Shown here one piece after another: positions 57,166-64,000 of a DNA stretch of 64,000 nt (the stretch's first letter is position 1; each line of letters opens with the position of its first letter). A program made the position numbers and the translations under genes. The stretch is taken from contig OZ024743.1 of the NCBI GenBank assembly GCA_964016885.1, positions 34,100,001 to 34,164,000 of the forward strand, written 5' to 3'. The notes under the pieces are model-generated. The model made no database searches. It saw only the letters and a program-made list of their open reading frames with translations, and was not told the DNA's origin. This stretch comes from Eledone cirrhosa. Its lineage: Eukaryota.

Positions 57166-58100
57166 CACTGCCATACGCTGAATAATACGCTGGTCTTGCA
57201 CAGCTAACATTTCAAAGACGATTTAGTATCTACTCCTGAGAGTTGTGTAACTAAGACAACATAGAATAAATTATTTTGAACAACAGTTAACAGTAGCAGG
57301 TATGGCTATGTGGTTAAATATTTCGCTTCACAATCACGTGCTTTCGTGGTTTCGAGTTTATACTCACTGAGTTGCACCTTAAAGAGGTAGCTTCCAGTAT
57401 AGTCTCGGGATAACCAAATATCTGCGAGTGAAATATGGTTCACGGAAACTGTAGAAGCCCGTTGTAATTCCTGTCTAAATACACACGTGTTTCTCTCATT
57501 TTCCCCGTTCCTTCGTCTTCCCACTCTCTATATTTCTATTTAGGTTCTTATTTCTCCTTCTATCCCCTTGAAAAGATGTCGGTGACACATCAGTTATAGA
57601 TACGTACTGTCCAAGATATGAACGGAATAGTTATGGCTGAAACACTTTTGTGGTCATAGTTCTAGAGATTGGGTTAACCAACAACAGCAACATATATTCA
57701 TTTCTTTGCAATTTCTATCGGAGGACCAATTTCTCCTTTCAAATAGACTATTGGTCACAGACATTTTTTCCTGTCATGATTTGTTTTTCACTAAGAAGGC
57801 TTTAGAAATTAATCCGTTTATCATCACTTATATGAGCAGGATTATTTCTAGATGGTTAGTATGGAGAGATGACTATGTTTGTTACAAAGACAGATAAAAC
57901 TCCGAGATTAGACAATTAAAAGATCATTTGGCTGTACAATCTTCGAGGTGCCCATTAAGTTAATCGGAAGATTAACCGTGAGAAGATAATTATAATAATT
58001 ATATTTTATATTGGTCAGTGTTTAAAACGTCAGAATAACGTCCTCGTTATAAAATCAAACACTCTGAATTGTATATCTCTAATATTTCTCCTCCTTTCCC

Positions 58101-58194
<94 letters not shown>

Positions 58195-58390
58195 CGAGTA
58201 GGACCCCGACGACTGAGCTCAGGCCGTTTCGACGGGTAATTCTGGACGCGTCCAGAATTAGCCGTCGAAACGGCTTGAGCTCAGCCATGGGGGGGGGGTC
58301 CTACTCGTTCCTATTACCCACTCTACTACCCTAAGTATTGAGTACTTTGGTGCTTTATGGTCTATCTGGTTCCTTACCACATTTCCTTCG

Positions 58391-58453
<63 letters not shown>

Positions 58454-58533
58454 GTCTACGGTTCTTATATATTTGATATATATTTATCCTTATCGAGCCC
58501 TCTTTGGATTTTAGTCTTCAAATTTATTATTAT

Positions 58534-58588
<55 letters not shown>

Positions 58589-58992
58589 TACATTTATATA
58601 TATATACAACAAACACGTGCGCATATAGATACATACATACCTACCTACATACATACATGATGGCTGCAACTCGATTTCGTGTAATGCCATCGCTTGAACG
58701 TGGTTTTTCAGTCCTGCTAGGGACTTGCCTATGGCCAGCAATACCATGCATCACAAGAAATGTCACATATCAAGCGATACCTGTGCTTGAAGATTTTTTA
58801 AATGAGGAAAGGCTTTGCACGGGGCTAATCCCACTCTCTAAACAGCGAATGCATTTACCCCAAAAGAAGGACTGGTCTACATCATTGGATGCAAATAGTG
58901 TGGCAGGTTTATATCAGAGTGACCTTCTCTTAGATAGATGTCTTAATGAAGACTAGGAGTCTCACGCTCCACAAAATACATACATGCCTAAG

Positions 58993-59038
<46 letters not shown>

Positions 59039-59119
59039 CCTATGATAGTTGGAAGATCACTGATGAAGGAAAAACTTTTTTCATATGTAACCCATTTGCA
59101 ACTCCGCAGCGCCCTTATT

Positions 59120-59150
<31 letters not shown>

Positions 59151-59152
<2 letters not shown>

Positions 59153-59350
59153 CGAAGGAATTGTGGTAAGGAACCAGATGGACCATAACGCACCAAAGTA
59201 CTCAATACTTAGGGTAGTAGAGTGGGTAATAGGAACAAGTAAGACCCAGACGACAGAGCTCAAACCGTTTCGACGGCTATTTCAGGACGGTCCTGAAATA
59301 GCCGTCGAAACGGCTTGAGCTCTGCCGTCGGGGTCTTACTTGTTCCTATA
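59151..59350. mobile_element. TA-embedded foldback element (family F)
   Basis: AACGAAGGAA.TGTGGTAAGGAACCAG..GTACTCAATACTTAGGGTAG; other copies at about 16310-16463, 21697-21848, 44717-44853, 53925-54110 and 58190-58393. Confidence 0.8.
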
Positions 59351-60867
59351 TATACATATATATATATATATATATACATACATTCATATAGACATTTTTC
59401 CTTATTACAATATTATATTTCTAGATAACACGAATACATTTATATTATACTCTCAGATATAGCAATAACAATATCTTACAGTATTCATAGCTATCGCATT
59501 ATGTAGAAATCTACTCAAAGATATTACAATATCTACAGCCGAATTTCTAACTGCGAATATATATATATGTCCTTATTCCTAAATATCAATGTCTACTTTA
59601 TTCCACACATTTTGCAAGCTTCAATTTTTTTCATAAATCTGCTCGAACAGTGAGGAACTGATGTTAACAATAAAATAAAAACAGAACAGATCAAAGTTGT
59701 TATCAACAGAAGCAATAGCATCGATACTGGAAACTCGACGAAAGTTTGTTAAGCATTCAATACTCGGCGCTTAAATTTATCGTAATAACTCCAACGAATA
59801 CTCGAAAGAAACATTCACTGGTTATTTTCAGAATATATTTTAGTTCACTGGTTTAGAGATATTTATCTATCTGAAAGACCATTACTGTTTCACTCATTTT
59901 TATATGTTCTTCTATAAACCTAAAACCAGTGTTAAGCTAAGCGTTTTTCAAATCACAAGAATCTAAGGAATCAGTGCTTATTCCTGATTTCCTAGTATAT
60001 CACAGTAATTTTCGGCAAATTAATAGCATTACCATTGGTTAGAGCTAAAGGAACTGAACCACCTTGTAGTATCTTCCTTCTACAGCTAACTGAAATATAC
60101 TACTCAATAGTTCTTGCTTTCAGCGATGTACCATACCGTTCCTACAGTGTGTAAATGGAGTCTAGTACTTCTTTGCAGCAGTCAGTTATACTAGCCAGTG
60201 AAGCCTTCTTAAGATACAACTATTGAGAGCCAAGTTCCTGAGATTAATAGGTGAGATCTCTGAAAGCTGAGTTAGTGAACAACACTCGTTTTCTAGTCGA
60301 AGACAAATCACCTCAATAATGTCAGCAGTGAATTAGAAGAAAATATGAACTTTGCACATTCGCACTGAGCGACATTGAAAAGCTATGAAAGTCACATATT
60401 TATTATTTTCCAAATAACTGATCTAAGCGTTAGTGAAAACTGTAAAAGAAAAAAAAAACATTTATATATATAAGAGTGGTTATGATATATAATAGAAATC
60501 CCATTTGATGTGAAATTGCTCTCGGCTTCATTGTTTTAAATTCAAATTTCAGCTTTAATCTATTGCAACTTTCATCTCCCCACAATCTCTAAAGAAGCAA
60601 AGATAATTAACTTTGATATACAATATATTGGTATAATTCTCCTAGATTGTAGTAGAAATGTGACTGTTTGGATAAAGCATTTAGCCACGCGCTCTTGAAC
60701 AATGTTCAAATTTGACACAAGCCCTGAAAGGTGATTCTGTGCAAGAAACTGTCTTTAATTTAGCTTGTGCGCCACCTCGATTTAGTTAATCATGTCGACC
60801 CCAGAACTTATTTTTTTCAAGTCAGTCTGGTACTTTTTTATCGATGCCGACCCCCCCCATATATATC

Positions 60868-60898
<31 letters not shown>

Positions 60899-61106
60899 AA
60901 TCGTTTTATTAAGGCTAAATAAGTGAGTCTTATTACTCAGGAGTTCCGGCTATTTATCTCAGGGGCTCATCATCAGATGATGACCCTATGATACACAAGC
61001 GAAACTACAGCGTAACATACATGAATCACTATTTAGCCTTAATAAAATGGATATTAAAACTCTACTTCGGTATTAAGTACTCTTTTCTCTCAGCTGTCAA
61101 CCACAT

Positions 61107-61191
<85 letters not shown>

Positions 61192-61691
61192 CACCGAGGT
61201 GTTTCTGCAGTTACCATCGACCAAATTTCGTTCACAAAAATATATTGCCCAAAATGCCGCAGTGCGAAATCGAACCTAGTGCAGTGTGGTTGTTCTTCAA
61301 CCACACAGCCCAGCCCGCGACTTAGTTATCAGCAATCCTTATCAGATCATCTGATAATTCTAACTGAGATAGGCTTGTTTTTTTTATGAAACTAACGCTA
61401 GGCACAGGCTCTTGGAAATTACCTTCAACCAATACGTTTCATTCATATCTCTGCATTAAACAAGTGCATAGTATCTAAGAGATTTTAATCACTGTAATTG
61501 ATTTCCATTGATTTTTTACATAAACACAAGGTGCGCGCACACACAGATTTATGTATATACGTATATATGCGTGTATATATATGTATTAGGAAATGTATGT
61601 TTATATATGAGAGAGAAAGGGAAACGAGGAAGAGAGGAGAAAGAGTGAGAGGTGAGAGTGAGTGTGAGAGCGAGAGACAAACACAATATAT

Positions 61692-61912
<221 letters not shown>

Positions 61913-62136
61913 CAGATAAATAGATAGAGAGATAGATAGATAGGTAGGTAGGTAGGTAGGTAGGTAGAGAAATCTTGTAATTATGGTATTAATTTTTTCG
62001 ACTTGATGCGGCTGAATAAAGTCGAACTTGAACTAAGGATGTAGTACAGCAAGACTTTAACTCGGTACTCTACGAAAACTGCCGATTCACTAGCCTTACA
62101 AATTGGTATTATTGATACAAATAAGGTACACAAGAG

Positions 62137-62326
62137 GGCGGTGGATTGACAGTATCGGCAGAGGGTCGGACGCCATGCTTTGCAGCACAGTTACGTCCCT
62201 TTACGGACTGAGTTCAAATCCCGCCGAGGTTAACTTTGCCTTTCATCCTTACGGGGTCGATAAAATAAAGTACCAGTAATACACTGGGATAATTGCTGGC
62301 CTTGTACCCAAAGTAGAAACAATTAT
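62137..62326 (+). mobile_element. tRNA-derived SINE
   Basis: Main-family copy. Confidence 0.88.
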
Positions 62327-64000
62327 TGGTACAAATAAGGGTTATGGATTGGTAGAATCGTTAGAACAAAATGCCTTAAGGTGTTTTACTTATGACCCTT
62401 TACCTTCTGAGTTAAAATCCCACCGTGGTCTACTTTGTTTTTCATCCTTCCGAGATGGATAAAATACAGTACCAGTCACGTAATGGGGTTGATATAATCG
62501 ACATTACCCCACTCTCTAAAAATTACTTGCCTTGCGCCGCAGCTATTATGAACGCTCTTCAGGATGGAATGCATATCACAATTTCCTATACACCTGGAAT
62601 GCATATCACAATTTCCAATAAACATCCACCTTTCAAAATTATGGAAAACGTTATGAAAATTTTACGACTCCATATGTCTTCTGATTCTCTGATTTGTTTA
62701 ATCTGTCACGGTTAAGGCTGAGCTCGCGAACCAATTGTAAATGTACTCGTTTTACAAATAAGTAAGCCCAGTGGATAATGGTGAAAATCATCCAAAGCCT
62801 TATGGTAGGACCTTTTTAAAAAAAAGTGGTTAGTGCCGATTTCATGTCAGCTACTGCGTCAGAGATAAATGTTTACCAATCGTATTTAAGATTCTCAGAT
62901 GACCTAGTATCAGTTAGCCATATTTTGATGAACTTGGCTATGTAGAATAAAATGTTCTGTTAAGAAAAACAACATTCTTGCTGTCGATTTTAACAGATAA
63001 TTCGTAAGCTGGTAGAGGAAATGCTACCGATTTACAAATTTCGCTACTAGTATTATTTGTGCAATCACTCATAGTAACTGACAAGTACTTATTTTGATCT
63101 CTAAAGGAAGAGAGTCACATAAGAGCCATCTTAAAGTAGAAGGGAGTTAATGTAATATATTTAGTTTGTTAACTGTTGCTTGCCCAGATTCAGCTTTATC
63201 TATATTATCATATTTTAACTATAACCATGGGAAGGGAGTGTTCCAGCATGGCTATAGCCGGAATGACAAAAGAACTAAAGAAAATACTGAGTAGAATTCA
63301 TTGAAATGTTAAGACCTTATTCTTGTATGACCGTAGTATACACGCCTAATGTATGGAAAGATATTGTTCCTTTCATCCGCTATTTATATGCGGCTATAAT
63401 TAATTGTTTCTACTTTAGGCACAAGGCCAGCAATTATCCAGTGCATTACTGGTACTTTATTTTATCGAGCCCGTAAGGATGAAAGGCAAAGTCAGAGTCA
63501 TTCATTCTACACACGCTCAACGCCCACACACAAACAAAACCTCACTCAAAACCAATGCAGAATTCTGCACTGGCATTGATTGAATTGAACTTCGAAATAT
63601 TAGTAAGTGCCAATATAGGCATTAGGTCTTGATTGGAAACCAAAATCTAGTGATGGCAGCAAAAAGATAATTAGAGAAATATATAATTAAATAACTTTAA
63701 AGAGCAACAACATAAATATATGAATAATAACAGCAGCTGTAGAAATTACTAGAACAAAATGCTAAAAGGTAAGTCATAATGTGATATGCAAGAATAAATT
63801 AAAATAGCGGCATGGAAAATCCAAAGAAAATAAATTTAGAAAATAAAAGAAAAAAGAACAGTCCTTAAAATAATAGAATCTCAAAAGAAATGATGGCTGC
63901 CAGAAATGAAAGGAAAAAAAAAAAGCTGCTTCTAGTGATAAAAAAATGTTGTTGCTAATATTAGTTGTTAGTTACAAGTGGTTATAGACTTACCTAGATT

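Overview
AT-rich, microsatellite-dense animal genomic DNA. The SINE repertoire and (TA)n/(CA)n/(GA)n density suggest an octopus-like cephalopod, which is an inference. No intact protein-coding gene is evident; almost all listed ORFs are microsatellite artefacts. Recognisable content includes many copies of a tRNA-derived SINE, two hAT-type MITE families with 8-bp TSDs, a decayed Tigger/pogo transposase, three CRE-like retrotransposon endonuclease fragments, RTE LINE ends, Penelope-like GIY-YIG remnants, a Helitron-like element and minisatellites. The main signal is a dense set of short, often palindromic elements embedded in (TA)n tracts. They belong to at least eight unrelated sequence families carrying minimal type-I hammerhead ribozyme folds (stem I-CUGANGA-stem II-GAAA-short, often palindromic stem III-UH-stem I'). 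About 17 copies have an intact core, frequently one on each strand. Many are followed by AATAAA and a shared YTGAGTRC-like motif. They look like a radiation of non-autonomous, TA-targeting Penelope-type/retrozyme-like retroelements. All folds were read by eye and none is experimentally verified.
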